Below, in pieces: positions 1 to 9,864 of a stretch of 32,517 nt of DNA (position 1 is the first letter of the stretch; each line of letters opens with the position of its first letter). A program made the translations under genes and the position numbers. The stretch comes from Nostoc sp. DedSLP01 (lineage in GTDB: Bacteria > Cyanobacteriota > Cyanobacteriia > Cyanobacteriales > Nostocaceae): positions 1-32,517 of the forward strand of contig JAVRCJ020000060.1 in assembly GCA_034530875.2 (NCBI GenBank), read 5' to 3'. The notes beneath the pieces were generated by a model. It saw only the letters and a program-made list of their open reading frames with translations, was not told where the DNA came from and made no database searches.

Positions 1-102
1 ATGGAAGTAATGCACGAGCGTAACGCTCACAACTTCCCCTTAGATTTGGCTGCTGCTGATGTTGCTCCTGTTGCTCTGAGCGCTCCTGCTATCAATGGCT
101 AA
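1..102 (+). CDS. psbA: Photosystem II D1 protein, 3' end (partial; runs off the window start)
   Basis: Frame 1 reads [33 protein letters not shown]. This is the D1 C-terminus, with H332/E333/H337/D342/A344 and a 16-aa extension after A344. Confidence 0.98.
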   Translation: MEVMHERNAHNFPLDLAAADVAPVALSAPAING

Positions 103-127
103 TTAGCGATAGCGTCAAGTAAAATCG

Positions 128-157
128 AAAGCGCTCTCCGCAAGGGGGGCGCTTTTT
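128..157 (+). terminator. Intrinsic terminator after psbA
   Basis: AAAGCGCTCTCC-GCAA-GGGGGGCGCTTT stem with a GNRA loop, ending in a T run. Confidence 0.9.
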
Positions 158-228
158 AGTTTAGCTAGCTCTGGGCGATCGCTATGTAGGTTTTGAAAAT
201 AAGAGTTCTATATAATAACGTCTACTTT

Positions 229-771
229 TTAAGACAGCAGCCTCTCAACTAAGACCTGAATCTCTGGAAATGATAATGGTGTAATCGTTCCTTTGTCTAT
301 TATTTGTTCTGTGCTGTATTGTCCATTCTGGGGATTTTGGAACACAATTATATGCTTGGCAACCAAATTTAAAACCCAGTATTCAGGAATTTCAGCAGTG
401 GCATAGATAGCAGCTTTAATCGCTAAATCTTTTTTTAAACTTGTTTTGGCAACCTCTACAAGCCAAAAAATATCTTCAGCAGCAGGGTGACGATTATTGT
501 AGTTGGATTCTGGTAGCCGAACGATCGCAATATCAGGTGCGGGTTCAGAATTGGCTAGTGTGACTGGGCCATTGAAACGGATATCGGCTTTACCTATAAG
601 TAACTCTTCTAGGTATTTCACACCTCGTTTTACTGTACTGTAATGAATTGGAGTTTCTGGAGCTATTTCTACAATTTCCCCTGCTAACAACTCCACGCGG
701 CGATCGCGCAAAATCCCCGCTTCAATCATGCGATGATAGTCGTCTACAGACCATTTAGCTAGCGTTTTCAT
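229..771 (-). CDS. Uma2 family (DUF820) putative endonuclease
   Basis: 180 aa with WSVDDYHRMIEAGIL..RVELL.GEI, PDIAIV, LVEVA and IPEYWVLNL motifs, typical of cyanobacterial Uma2 PD-(D/E)XK proteins. Confidence 0.9.
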   Translation of the reverse strand: MKTLAKWSVDDYHRMIEAGILRDRRVELLAGEIVEIAPETPIHYSTVKRGVKYLEELLIGKADIRFNGPVTLANSEPAPDIAIVRLPESNYNNRHPAAEDIFWLVEVAKTSLKKDLAIKAAIYATAEIPEYWVLNLVAKHIIVFQNPQNGQYSTEQIIDKGTITPLSFPEIQVLVERLLS

Positions 772-894
772 ATCATTTGTGCGAGTCTGACTTAATTTTA
801 CGCTCTCTCAACGAGCGATCGCGCTTTACAGGTAACCCAAAATCCTTTAAGAATGTCATCATAGTTAAGGTAAAAACATTCTGGAGACAAAACC

Positions 895-1491
895 ACGGTT
901 TACGCACGTCCTTTAGCACGGTTAATTGAGCAATTGCAACGCTTACCGGGAGTTGGGCCTAAATCTGCTCAACGACTGGCTTTGCATATTCTAAAGCGAC
1001 CAGAAGCAGAAGTAGAAGCTCTAGCACAAGCTTTAGTAGAAGCAAAAAAACAAATCGGCTTGTGTTCTGTCTGTTTTCACTTATCTGCTGAACCAGTTTG
1101 TGAAATTTGCCGCAATGTCAACCGTGATAACAATACTATCTGTGTAGTAGCAGATTCTCGTGATGTGATTGCCTTAGAAAAAACCCGCGAGTACAAAGGG
1201 AAGTATCACGTTTTGGGCGGAGTAATTTCTCCCATTGATGGAATTGGCCCGGAACAGTTGACTATTCAAGCTTTAGTACGTCGGGTAAGTAAGCAACAAC
1301 CCCAAGAAGTGATTTTGGCAATTAGTCCAAGTGTCGAAGGGGAGACAACAACACTTTATCTCGGTCAGCTGCTCAAGCCATTTACCAAAGTGACACGAAT
1401 CGCTTTTGGTTTACCTGTAGGTGGTGATTTAGAATACGCCGATGAAGTCACCCTCGCAAGAGCTTTGGAAGGGCGTCGGGAATTGGATTAG
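895..1491 (+). CDS. recR: Recombination mediator RecR (start probably ACG at 895; the ORF track starts it at TTG 934)
   Basis: HhH motif [12 protein letters not shown]4 zinc finger CSVC..CEIC, Toprim YHVLGG/EGETT and C-terminal [12 protein letters not shown]. The conserved N-terminal [12 protein letters not shown] lies in frame upstream of 934. Confidence 0.95.
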   Translation, partial: TVYARPLARLIEQLQRLPGVGPKSAQRLALHILKRPEAEVEALAQALVEAKKQIGLCSVCFHLSAEPVCEICRNVNRDNNTICVVADSRDVIALEKTREYKGKYHVLGGVISPIDGIGPEQLTIQALVRRVSKQQPQEVILAISPSVEGETTTLYLGQLLKPFTKVTRIAFGLPVGGDLEYADEVTLARALEGRRELD

Positions 1492-1516
1492 AGTTAAAGT
1501 CAAAAATCCACTAATT

Positions 1517-2092
1517 TTAATGGGGGCTGTACATGACATCCGATCGCAATACGTACTTCCGCCCCTGAATAACAGTAGCGCCCTCATGTGCTAGTTCGTG
1601 GACAAAACACAAAGCCATACCCGTTACTGGAACGACAGCTAAATTAGATGAATCTACGTGGTATTGTCGAAGATAAAAGCGGGTTTCCCCACCTTCAAAG
1701 CCTTCGTTGAGATAAATCATGAAAGTCAATAGACTTTCTTCACCGTTTGGTCTTCGATAAGCACCATCATGGTGAATTGCAAATTGCTGACCTGGATCGT
1801 AGCGATAGAAACGAAAACGCTCATTTAGCCCAACCGCGTGCCATCTGCCAATGGTTGTGGGGATATAATTTGACACGCGCTGCCATAGCTCGAAAGCACG
1901 ATCGCGATCGTCGAGGATAACCCGTTGATTATTGCGGATATCGGGACGGATTTCAAAACCTCGTATGGTAGTTATAGGAGCATCTGTATAGCCAATTTTC
2001 TCCGTTAAACTAATATACTCTGCACATTCCGCTGGCGAAAGAATGTTCTCCAAGGTGAAAATTTCGTTACGAAACAAATCTTTCTTAATCAT
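1517..2092 (-). CDS. 2OG-Fe(II) oxygenase (prolyl 4-hydroxylase-like)
   Basis: LNERFRFYRY, HxD (HHD), LTFMIYLN..GGET, distal HEG and KYVLRSD. Confidence 0.85.
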   Translation of the reverse strand: MIKKDLFRNEIFTLENILSPAECAEYISLTEKIGYTDAPITTIRGFEIRPDIRNNQRVILDDRDRAFELWQRVSNYIPTTIGRWHAVGLNERFRFYRYDPGQQFAIHHDGAYRRPNGEESLLTFMIYLNEGFEGGETRFYLRQYHVDSSNLAVVPVTGMALCFVHELAHEGATVIQGRKYVLRSDVMYSPH

Positions 2093-2200
2093 GGTTGAGC
2101 CGATTGAGATTTAAGCCTTCTGATAGTGTATTGCTGATAACCAACGAGTTTAGGCTGAGGGTAGATTTTGATTTACCTTTCCACACCGGAGGAAATAGCT

Positions 2201-2431
2201 ATGCCAGGCGGTAATGCAAGCCATAAAGGTAGTTCTGATAAACCCAACGTTAATGCATCTGGTCAGATTAATGGTTCTGCTGCTGACAAATCAACTGACC
2301 CTGACGATGTTTTGCTAGAAGGTATCACTACAAATACAACTAGAACTCAAGAATTTGTTGATTTTCCTCCAGCTCTAGAACGGCCAAATCAAAAGCCGGA
2401 TACTGAAGATACCGAAAAAGATAGCCAGTAA
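2201..2431 (+). CDS. Small acidic hypothetical protein (76 aa, probably disordered)
   Basis: GGAGG at 2188-2192 precedes ATG 2201; hydrophilic ORF to TAA 2431. Confidence 0.6.
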   Translation: MPGGNASHKGSSDKPNVNASGQINGSAADKSTDPDDVLLEGITTNTTRTQEFVDFPPALERPNQKPDTEDTEKDSQ

Positions 2432-2433
2432 TA

Positions 2434-5400
2434 TTACAATTTTTGCTGTATTAAATTTGCTATCGAAGCTAGTAGTTCGGCTGACTTTACTGGTTTGCCA
2501 ACGTGTTTTTCAAAGCCAGCTGCCAAAACTCGCTCGCGATCGCTTTCTCCCACATAAGCTGTCAGAGCGATCGCCCGAATTGCCCCACCCTGTTCTTTTG
2601 GCATTGCTCTGATCTGTTTTATCAAAGCATAGCCATCCATCTCAGGCATTGCTAAATCGCCGATCAATAAATCGGGTACATTCTTTGCTACAGCAGCTAA
2701 GGCTTCACTTGCCGATGCGACGGCAGTTATTACCGCCCCTTTGTGTTGTAGCAAGAAGGATACAAACTCCCTAGTATCAGCATCATCATCGACAACTAAT
2801 ACTCGTAGTCCGTCGAACAACGAAGAATCCAATTTTTCTGTAGCTTCGGATGTTTTGCCCGTTTTGCCCTTAGTCTCCTGCATCAAGGGTAATTTGACAG
2901 TAAAAATAGCTCCCCGGCCAATTCCCGGACTATCGGCGATCGCACTACCACCATGCAACTCTACCAGGTGGCGAACTATTGCTAATCCCAATCCCAACCC
3001 GCCAAATTTTCTGGTTGTACTGCTATCAGCTTGACGAAAATGTTCAAACACGTGGGGTAGAAATTCGGGTGAAATACCTTGACCTGTATCTTTGACTTGA
3101 ATTACTGCCCAGTGGGAAGTCAATTCATTACTTAATGAAAGGCTAACTTCCACTGTTCCACCAGAAGAAGTGAACTTGACTGCGTTGGAGAGTAAGTTTC
3201 CTACAACTTGTTGTAAGCGATAAAAATCGCCAGAAATTTTACCTACATTGCGGTCAAACTTGCTTTTTATCTGGATAGATTTGGCTTCTGCGATTAGCCG
3301 GACTGTTTCCAATGCAGCTTCAATGACAGCAATCGGGTTGACAGGGGCAAAAGTCAGGGTTAGCTTACCGCGAATGATGCGGGAGACATCGAGCAATTCA
3401 TCAATTAATTGAATTTGCAATTGAGTATTTCTTTCGATGGTTTCTAAGGCGCGGTTTGTAGTAGCCTCATCAAATTTGCGGCTTTTGAGTAGAGATGACC
3501 ATCCCAAAATCGGGTTGAGGGGCGATCGCAATTCGTGGGAGAGGATAGCGAGAAACTCATCTTTATTGCGGTTTGCTTGTTTGAGTTCTTCTGCTTGTTG
3601 CCTGAGTGCTTTTTCTAATTCCTTCCTGGGGGTAAGGTCGAGAATAAAACAGATCCAAGACATTGGCGATCGCGTAACCATTGCACCACCAATTAAAATC
3701 GGAATGCGCGAACCATCTTTGCGGATGTATTCTTTTTCATAAGGAGTGCATACGCCAACTTTTAAAAGTTGTTCTATGCCTTGGCGATCGCGGGGGTGAT
3801 ATTCAGGAGGAGTAAGCTGTTCTCTGCGTATCTTACCCGCCAATAATTCCTCTCGCGTATAACCTATCATTTCCAGAAAAGCTTCATTCGCCTCAGTGAT
3901 GTAGTCAGGAGTAGCGAAGATAATGCCGATAATGTTGGAATCAACTAATCGTCTCAATTGAGTTTCGCGCTGACGCAAATCATTTTCTGCCTGTTTGCGC
4001 TGGGTAATATCCTGAACAGTACCCATCATCCGTAATGGTTTTCCGTCAGTATCCCAAAAGACACGACCTTTGGCATCAATCCAATGAATGCTGCCGTCAG
4101 ACCAAACGCAGCGGTATTCAACTTCACAATCAACTTTTTCTTCCAGAGAACGAGCGACCGCTTCTTCAATGAGCCAGCGATCTTCTGGGTGTACGCACTT
4201 CAAGAAAAGTTGATAATTAATTTCGGCTTCTGGCGATAGTCCAAACAGCTGCTTACATTTCTCTGTCCAAATTAATTCGTCAGAGGTCAGATTCAAAAAC
4301 CACATACCAAGTTTAGCAGCGGTAGTTGCCAAACGAATCCGTTCTTCGCTTTCACGCAACTTGGCTTCGGCTTGTTGGCGATCGTGTAGCGCGAGTTGCT
4401 GTTCGGTAATATCGGTTGTAGCACCAACTACTCTGACTACCTGACCTGCTGCATTCGTAATTGCAAACCCGTGGTCTTGCACCCACAAATAGCGGCCATC
4501 CTTGTGACGCACTCGATACTTGATGGTATAACGGTTTCCATTGGCCATACTAGCGATAAACCCATCATTGACCATTTGTCGGTCATCAGGGTGGATGAGT
4601 TCTTGCCACCACTCCAAGGTAGGTTTAGCTTCTTGTTGCGTATAGCCAAATACCTGAGTTATACCCTGAGTTCTTTCTACAGTATTTTTTTCAATTTCCC
4701 AATCATAAATCAGGCAATTAACTGCTGCTGCTGCCAACTCAAACCTTTCGTTACTTTGGCGCAGGGAAATTTCTGTGCGTCGTCGTTGCGTAACATCAAA
4801 AGCGATTCCCAACAGATGATGTATTAAGCCATCAGCAGTTCTGCTGAACACAGTGTCATAGCTACAAAACCAGCGCCACTCTCCATTTGCGTGTCGAATT
4901 TGGTATTCAAAACTTAGGACTTCTCCTTGAGGAGCAGAATTAAATTTTTGTAAATAGCTAGGAAGTCGAGCTAAATCATCAGGGTGTAAAAGATGGTTAA
5001 ACAACTCACTTCCCATAGCTTGGATTTCTTCTGGCGTGTAGCCCCAAGCTTCAGCTATTTCGTAATTTACGTAACAATTTTGCTGCTCGATGACATCATA
5101 GATGTACAGTAAACCCGGAAGAGTGCCAGCAATTTGTTGAAACAGACGTTGACTATCCCACTGTAGACGAAAGCCATCTGCCTCAGGTTCTTTGGTGCTT
5201 TCAGCCTGAGGATGCTGAGATTCAGTAATATCCGAAAAAGTTATGGCGATCGCGTAGGGAGTAGTTCCTGTAACTTGAAATAACGGTTGTGAAGATAATA
5301 ACAGCCATACTAGCTGACCATTGGGCTTATAAAAGCCACATACTACATTCAAATAAGGTTTACCCGTCCTCAGAGCAACCATCGTTGGGTGCATCTCACA

Positions 5401-5655
5401 CAGCAAAGGTAAACCATTTTCATCAATAAATTGCCATTTCGCATCGAGCAAATTTTGTCCTACAAACTGCTCGATTGTCACTCCCAGAATGCTCTCAACT
5501 GCGGCATTGCACGCCTGAATTCTGCCATCAGGCAGCACAAGAATCGTTCCTTCTTGTTTGCTTGCTACTAATGAATAATTAGATTCTTTACTAACTTCCC
5601 TAGACAGCAGCTTTTCGATAACCAGTTGGTTTTGAGACTTTTCCGCGTCTGGCAT
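2434..5655 (-). CDS. Hybrid sensor histidine kinase/response regulator with about 5 PAS/PAC domains
   Basis: Repeated HPDD/HPED...DIT PAS-PAC units, H-box FLAILSHELRSPL, NLLSNAVKFT, GGLGLGL and a C-terminal receiver VLVVDDD..DLAMP. Confidence 0.95.
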   Translation of the reverse strand: MPDAEKSQNQLVIEKLLSREVSKESNYSLVASKQEGTILVLPDGRIQACNAAVESILGVTIEQFVGQNLLDAKWQFIDENGLPLLCEMHPTMVALRTGKPYLNVVCGFYKPNGQLVWLLLSSQPLFQVTGTTPYAIAITFSDITESQHPQAESTKEPEADGFRLQWDSQRLFQQIAGTLPGLLYIYDVIEQQNCYVNYEIAEAWGYTPEEIQAMGSELFNHLLHPDDLARLPSYLQKFNSAPQGEVLSFEYQIRHANGEWRWFCSYDTVFSRTADGLIHHLLGIAFDVTQRRRTEISLRQSNERFELAAAAVNCLIYDWEIEKNTVERTQGITQVFGYTQQEAKPTLEWWQELIHPDDRQMVNDGFIASMANGNRYTIKYRVRHKDGRYLWVQDHGFAITNAAGQVVRVVGATTDITEQQLALHDRQQAEAKLRESEERIRLATTAAKLGMWFLNLTSDELIWTEKCKQLFGLSPEAEINYQLFLKCVHPEDRWLIEEAVARSLEEKVDCEVEYRCVWSDGSIHWIDAKGRVFWDTDGKPLRMMGTVQDITQRKQAENDLRQRETQLRRLVDSNIIGIIFATPDYITEANEAFLEMIGYTREELLAGKIRREQLTPPEYHPRDRQGIEQLLKVGVCTPYEKEYIRKDGSRIPILIGGAMVTRSPMSWICFILDLTPRKELEKALRQQAEELKQANRNKDEFLAILSHELRSPLNPILGWSSLLKSRKFDEATTNRALETIERNTQLQIQLIDELLDVSRIIRGKLTLTFAPVNPIAVIEAALETVRLIAEAKSIQIKSKFDRNVGKISGDFYRLQQVVGNLLSNAVKFTSSGGTVEVSLSLSNELTSHWAVIQVKDTGQGISPEFLPHVFEHFRQADSSTTRKFGGLGLGLAIVRHLVELHGGSAIADSPGIGRGAIFTVKLPLMQETKGKTGKTSEATEKLDSSLFDGLRVLVVDDDADTREFVSFLLQHKGAVITAVASASEALAAVAKNVPDLLIGDLAMPEMDGYALIKQIRAMPKEQGGAIRAIALTAYVGESDRERVLAAGFEKHVGKPVKSAELLASIANLIQQKL

Positions 5656-6017
5656 TCTCTAAAGTTAAAGAAATTTAAAGTAAATAAATATAAGGTTTAG
5701 AACCTCATATTTACATAAATTTTAGGGCAAATTCTTCTAATTCAAAGATGAATAACTCAAGTGTTAGTCATTAATTATTTTCCTCTGTGCTCCTTCGATC
5801 TCCATCTCCTAATGCCTGAGATTCAGTTAACCTAGTTCAGTAGATCGCTTGCGTTATCGGTTTAGGCAGGGTTGCAGGTTCGGGTGTAGAGAAAACTTGT
5901 ATTCATGAGTGGTTATAAAAGTTAATTAATCTGAGCAAAACCCAGCCTTCATCATTAAAAGAGCATTATTTATGGAATTAATCGTTAATAATCCCAAAAA
6001 ATACGCGCATTTTTCCC

Positions 6018-6047
6018 CTTCACCCTACACCCCACACCCCACACCCT
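6018..6047. repeat. STRR-type heptamer array (CACCCYA/CACCCCA)
   Basis: caccctacaccccacaccccacaccct. Confidence 0.75.
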
Positions 6048-6053
6048 GTCTTC

Positions 6054-6338
6054 ATGTACACCACTATCTGGAAAATCTACTTTCACGAGGATTTATCTAG
6101 TAAAGGAATCTTGGACATACTGACGGAGTTGGGTTTAGTTACCCTTGCTGCCACAGGTACAGCTTATATCGTTGGCAAAACAACTACAGCCGTCATCAGT
6201 GAAATTGTAGATTGGCTAGGCCCGGTAGGATGGGGTGTTGCAGCAGTAATCGCTACCTCTATAACTGGTTTATTTGCTGCAAGCTGGGCAGTGTATTGCG
6301 ATCGCCTTTATTCTGAAAAAGAACCTCAATCGATTTAA
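6054..6338 (+). CDS. Small hydrophobic membrane protein, function unknown
   Basis: 94-aa ORF with two Gly/Ala-rich hydrophobic segments. Confidence 0.55.
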   Translation: MYTTIWKIYFHEDLSSKGILDILTELGLVTLAATGTAYIVGKTTTAVISEIVDWLGPVGWGVAAVIATSITGLFAASWAVYCDRLYSEKEPQSI

Positions 6339-6423
6339 TTCCACCTTTAATACTCGTTCATTCTGAAGGATGGCGATCGCTAATAATTATTTCTCACTAA
6401 CCAAATTTTTTCAACATCATCAG

Positions 6424-6477
6424 CCCCCTGTCTCCTGCCCCCTGCCCCCTGCCTCCTGCCTCCTGCCCCCTGCCTCC
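6424..6477. repeat. STRR heptamer array (CCTGCCY)n
   Basis: About 7 tandem units downstream of nupC. The complementary units also occur at 7716-7743, 29443-29473, 30389-30422 and 32449-32475. Confidence 0.85.
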
Positions 6478-6478
6478 T

Positions 6479-7687
6479 TCAAATCAGCATCCCAGCAATA
6501 CAAGCGGTGATAAAACCCGCTAACAATCCGCCAATCATTGCCCTGACACCCATACGAGCTAAATCGTGCTGGCGATTGGGTGCTATGCCAGTAATACCGC
6601 CGATGGTAATACCAATGGAGCCGATATTTGCAAAGTTACATAATGCGTAAGTCGTAATAATTACCGAGCGTTGAGAGATTTTACCGCCCTCGATTAGTGT
6701 CTTTAAATCCAAAAAAGCAATAAACTCATTCAAAATTGTCTTTGTACCCAATAGCGCCCCAACTTGTCGGCAATCAGCCCAAGGTACGCCCATCAAAAAT
6801 GCTACGGGAGCCATCACATAAGATAAAATCCACTGTAATGAAAGTTGCTGCAAACCAACAAATCCGCCTAACCATCCCAACAGCGCATTTACAGCAGCTA
6901 ATAATCCCAAAAAAGCAATAATCATCACCCCAACATTAACTGCTAGTTTTACGCCGTCGATTGCTCCACTACTAGCAGCATCAATTACATTTACATAATT
7001 GGTTTCTACATTTACCTTCACCTTACCAGCGGTTTCTGAGACTTCCGTTTCTGGGTACAGCAATTTTGCTACTACCAATGATGTGGGAGCAGTCATAAAA
7101 AAAGCTGCAATCAAATGTTCTGTTTGTAGCCCAAAAGAAAGATATGCTCCTAGTACTCCACCTGCAATTGTCCCAAAACCAGTAGTCATGAGTGCATGGA
7201 GTTCCGATTGCGTCATATTCGCTATGTAAGGTTTAACTACCAGCGCTGACTCTGTTGGCCCCAAAAAGATGTTACCCGCACAGGATAAAGATTCAGAACC
7301 CGATGTTTTCATGGTCTTCATCATCAGCCACGCCATGAGGTTGACTACTCGCTGTAAAATGCCGTAGTGATACAAAACGCTGATGAAAGCAGAGAAAAAG
7401 ATAATTGTCGGTAGGACTTGGAAGGCAAAGAAATGATCTTTAAAATTTTCTCCAAAAACAAATTTGGCGCCGACATCCGAGAATGCTAAAAATTTACTGA
7501 CAATATCTCCCAGAGATTTAAAAATATTCAAACCCCAAGGAGTTCTCAGAATCGCTAGGGCAAATATAAACTCTAATCCCAAGCCCCAGGCTACTATTCG
7601 CCAACGCACCGCCTGACGGTTTGCGGAGAAGGCATAAGATATGCCAATAAAAATTAAAATTCCCAACGCAGAAATGGCGCGTTCCAT
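6479..7687 (-). CDS. nupC: NupC/CNT-family nucleoside transporter
   Basis: FAFQVLPTIIFFS, GNIFLGPTES, KTILNEFIA and YALCNFAN motifs. The start is probably MERAIS at 7687; the longer extension is translated STRR repeat. Confidence 0.92.
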   Translation of the reverse strand: MERAISALGILIFIGISYAFSANRQAVRWRIVAWGLGLEFIFALAILRTPWGLNIFKSLGDIVSKFLAFSDVGAKFVFGENFKDHFFAFQVLPTIIFFSAFISVLYHYGILQRVVNLMAWLMMKTMKTSGSESLSCAGNIFLGPTESALVVKPYIANMTQSELHALMTTGFGTIAGGVLGAYLSFGLQTEHLIAAFFMTAPTSLVVAKLLYPETEVSETAGKVKVNVETNYVNVIDAASSGAIDGVKLAVNVGVMIIAFLGLLAAVNALLGWLGGFVGLQQLSLQWILSYVMAPVAFLMGVPWADCRQVGALLGTKTILNEFIAFLDLKTLIEGGKISQRSVIITTYALCNFANIGSIGITIGGITGIAPNRQHDLARMGVRAMIGGLLAGFITACIAGMLI

Positions 7688-8149
7688 ATTTTCTCTTGCG
7701 ATAAGTAGAGGGTAGGAGGCAGGGGGCAGGGGGCAGAAGGCAGAACATAAAACCCTCAACATTAAAAGGTTTTGCTGTTTTGGATTTTACATTTAATTAT
7801 GTCCGTCTACTTACAACTTTTTTATAACTTTGTCGTCATTGAAGAGGGCAAGGGGAGTTGTCCTTTGGCGATCGCTCCTTGAAATCCTCGTTCAAATTTA
7901 TGAACCTAAATTCATGTACGCATAGCGCTTGCACTCTCAATACTGTATTCTCTGATAAATTAGCATCTGCAAAAACAGGAATTAGCAGTAATTCCATTCC
8001 GGTTTATACCAGGAAAAGTAACTTTGTAGATTTGTCTATAAAATTACAAACTCTCAAGAGTAAAAATACTATCAATTTGTTTATCTACTGACCTAATTTA
8101 GGTTAAAAATCTCACTAAAAAAGCGTTTTAGATTTATCCAAACCCCAAG

Positions 8150-9367
8150 ATGCCTTCTAAGCGAATCTTGTTTATCAGTAACGGCCACGGAGAGGACAAC
8201 CACACCTCTCATGTAATTCAGACTCTCCGCCAATTGTCTCCTTCCATTGAAATGGCAGCAATGCCGATTGTGGGGGAAGGAAAAGCTTACCGCAGCTTGG
8301 ACATTCCGATTATTGGCCCCACGCAAGTAATGCCTTCTGGCGGATTCTTTTATATGAAGCGCCTTTATTTGCTCAAAGATTTTCAATCGGGATTGATTGG
8401 GTTAACGTGGCGACAGTTACAAGCGGTGTTGCAGTATGCTCCCAACTGCGATTTAGTGATGGCGACTGGGGATTTTATCTCTCAGACATTTGCTTACTTA
8501 ACTAAACGCCCCTTTGTCTCATTTATCTCTTGTCTTTCTGCGATTTATGAAGGGCGATTGCGTATCAATCCGCTACTGTGGCACGATTTGAATTCTCCTC
8601 GCTGTCTGACAGTTTTTACCAGAGATTCTTATACGGCTTCTGATTTGCAACGGCAAGGTATAGCTAAAGCTCAGTTTGGTGGAATTCCGGCTTTAGATCG
8701 GCTTGTTCCCACTGGCAAAGACTTGCAGCTTAAATCTGGCGTTCCAACGATCGCACTCTTACCAGGGTCACGAATGCCAGAAGCCGCAAGAAACTTCTGT
8801 TTGCAGTTGCAACTTGTCGTAGAAATTGCCAAGGTGATGCCGGAGTTAGGTTTGCAGTTTCGCGCCGCCTTAGTACCAAAACTGATGGCAGAACTAGACG
8901 ACATTGCTAAAAGTCAAGGTTGGCAACTGAATCAAGGCGTACTCACCTATTCTTTGCCGGGTAGTTCTACTGAGAAATCACCGCTTGTAGAAGTTAAATG
9001 TTACTCAGATGCATTCAATGACATTGTATATTACTCTACCCTTGTCATTGGTATGGCAGGGTTGGCGGTGGATTTAGCAGTGGCGATCGGCAAACCAATT
9101 ATCCAAATTCCCGGAGAAGGGCCGCAATTTACCTATGCATTTGCAGAGGCGCAAACCCGACTATTGGGTATTAATGCCCAAACCATCGGCACAGGGCCAG
9201 CAACTCCTGACACTCTCAAACAAGCAGCTAGACGAACAGTCGAGACTTTACAAGATGCAGACTACCTCGCTAAATGCCAACAAAATGGCCCCGAGCGATT
9301 CGGACCCCCTGGTGCATCTGAAAGAATTGCCCGCTTTTTGCTAACTTCTCTAGGAGAAATTGAATAA
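8150..9367 (+). CDS. Lipid-A-disaccharide synthase (LpxB)-related GT-B protein
   Basis: SNGHGED N-terminus, PIVGEG, LLPGSR.PEA..N, GMAG and IPGEGPQFTY.FAEAQ.RLLG, as in the cyanobacterial LpxB-related family. Confidence 0.85.
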   Translation: MPSKRILFISNGHGEDNHTSHVIQTLRQLSPSIEMAAMPIVGEGKAYRSLDIPIIGPTQVMPSGGFFYMKRLYLLKDFQSGLIGLTWRQLQAVLQYAPNCDLVMATGDFISQTFAYLTKRPFVSFISCLSAIYEGRLRINPLLWHDLNSPRCLTVFTRDSYTASDLQRQGIAKAQFGGIPALDRLVPTGKDLQLKSGVPTIALLPGSRMPEAARNFCLQLQLVVEIAKVMPELGLQFRAALVPKLMAELDDIAKSQGWQLNQGVLTYSLPGSSTEKSPLVEVKCYSDAFNDIVYYSTLVIGMAGLAVDLAVAIGKPIIQIPGEGPQFTYAFAEAQTRLLGINAQTIGTGPATPDTLKQAARRTVETLQDADYLAKCQQNGPERFGPPGASERIARFLLTSLGEIE

Positions 9368-9417
9368 AAATTACAAGCAGGCAGAAACAGGAGGCACAAA
9401 GGGCAGAAGACACTTAA

Positions 9418-9492
9418 TTCCCCCTTATAAAGGAGAGAAACAAGAAGATCTAGTTCCCTCCCCTTTGCAAGGGGAGGGTTAGGGTGGGGTAA
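9418..9492. repeat. Dispersed palindromic repeat (CCCTCCCCTT-TGC-AAGGGGAGGG-TTAGGGTGGGGT)
   Basis: Perfect 10-bp stem at 9456-9478 with a G-rich tail, a type common in Nostocales intergenic DNA. Confidence 0.7.
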
Positions 9493-9629
9493 TTCGATAA
9501 CTTGTGTGTAGGCGTTAGCCTTGGCAAAAAGAGAGTACCATCAGGCGAGTGGGTATCTGCCCTTAAACACTTTTTGAATCGCTATTGCCTAAAAATAGCT
9601 GTAACGTAAGGTGGGTTAACTTTTGCTCT

Positions 9630-9714
9630 TCGATGCAACAAAGGTGCAGGTCAATGCAACAAAGGTGCAAGTCGATGCAACAAAAGTGCAAGTCGATGCA
9701 ACAAAGTGCAAGTC
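9630..9714. repeat. Tandem array of four 21-bp units (TCGATGCAACAAAGGTGCAAG)
   Basis: Units at 9630, 9651, 9672 and 9693; the last is 20 bp. Confidence 0.92.
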
Positions 9715-9864
9715 AAGAGACTTATGTGTACGCTGTAGCTTGCTAAGTGAAGCGGTTGGTAAAGGAATGCTAAGGGCTTTTGCAAAAGATGCAATTTACA
9801 GAAACTCTTACAAAAATTACCGCTGCTGCCAAATTTAAATGATGAAGGAGATTATCAAGCGGTT

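Noticed and set aside
1..102. Atypical (rogue or chlorophyll f synthase) D1
   Set aside because: The visible Mn-cluster ligands and the A344 processing site are canonical. The rest of the gene lies outside the window.
229..771. Uma2, DUF429 and Rpn as a defence island
   Set aside because: They are 7-11 kb apart among housekeeping genes, and Uma2 and Rpn are multi-copy families in cyanobacteria.
2741..4827. Antisense and alternate-frame ORFs inside the kinase (likewise those in nupC, EF-G, UPF0182, surE and the PsiE-like gene)
   Set aside because: They are shadow ORFs overlapping well-supported genes and show no recognisable motifs.
7688..7762. N-terminal extension of NupC (MLRVLCSAFCPLPPAS..)
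   Set aside because: It is a translation of STRR heptamers; the family-like start is MERAIS at 7687.
9630..9714. Possible CRISPR array
   Set aside because: The units are contiguous with no unique spacers, and there are no cas genes in the window.
9623..9838. 71-aa ORF with DATKVQV repeats
   Set aside because: It has a TTG start with no RBS, the frame shifts in the last repeat unit, and the ORF is explained by the stop-free repeat.
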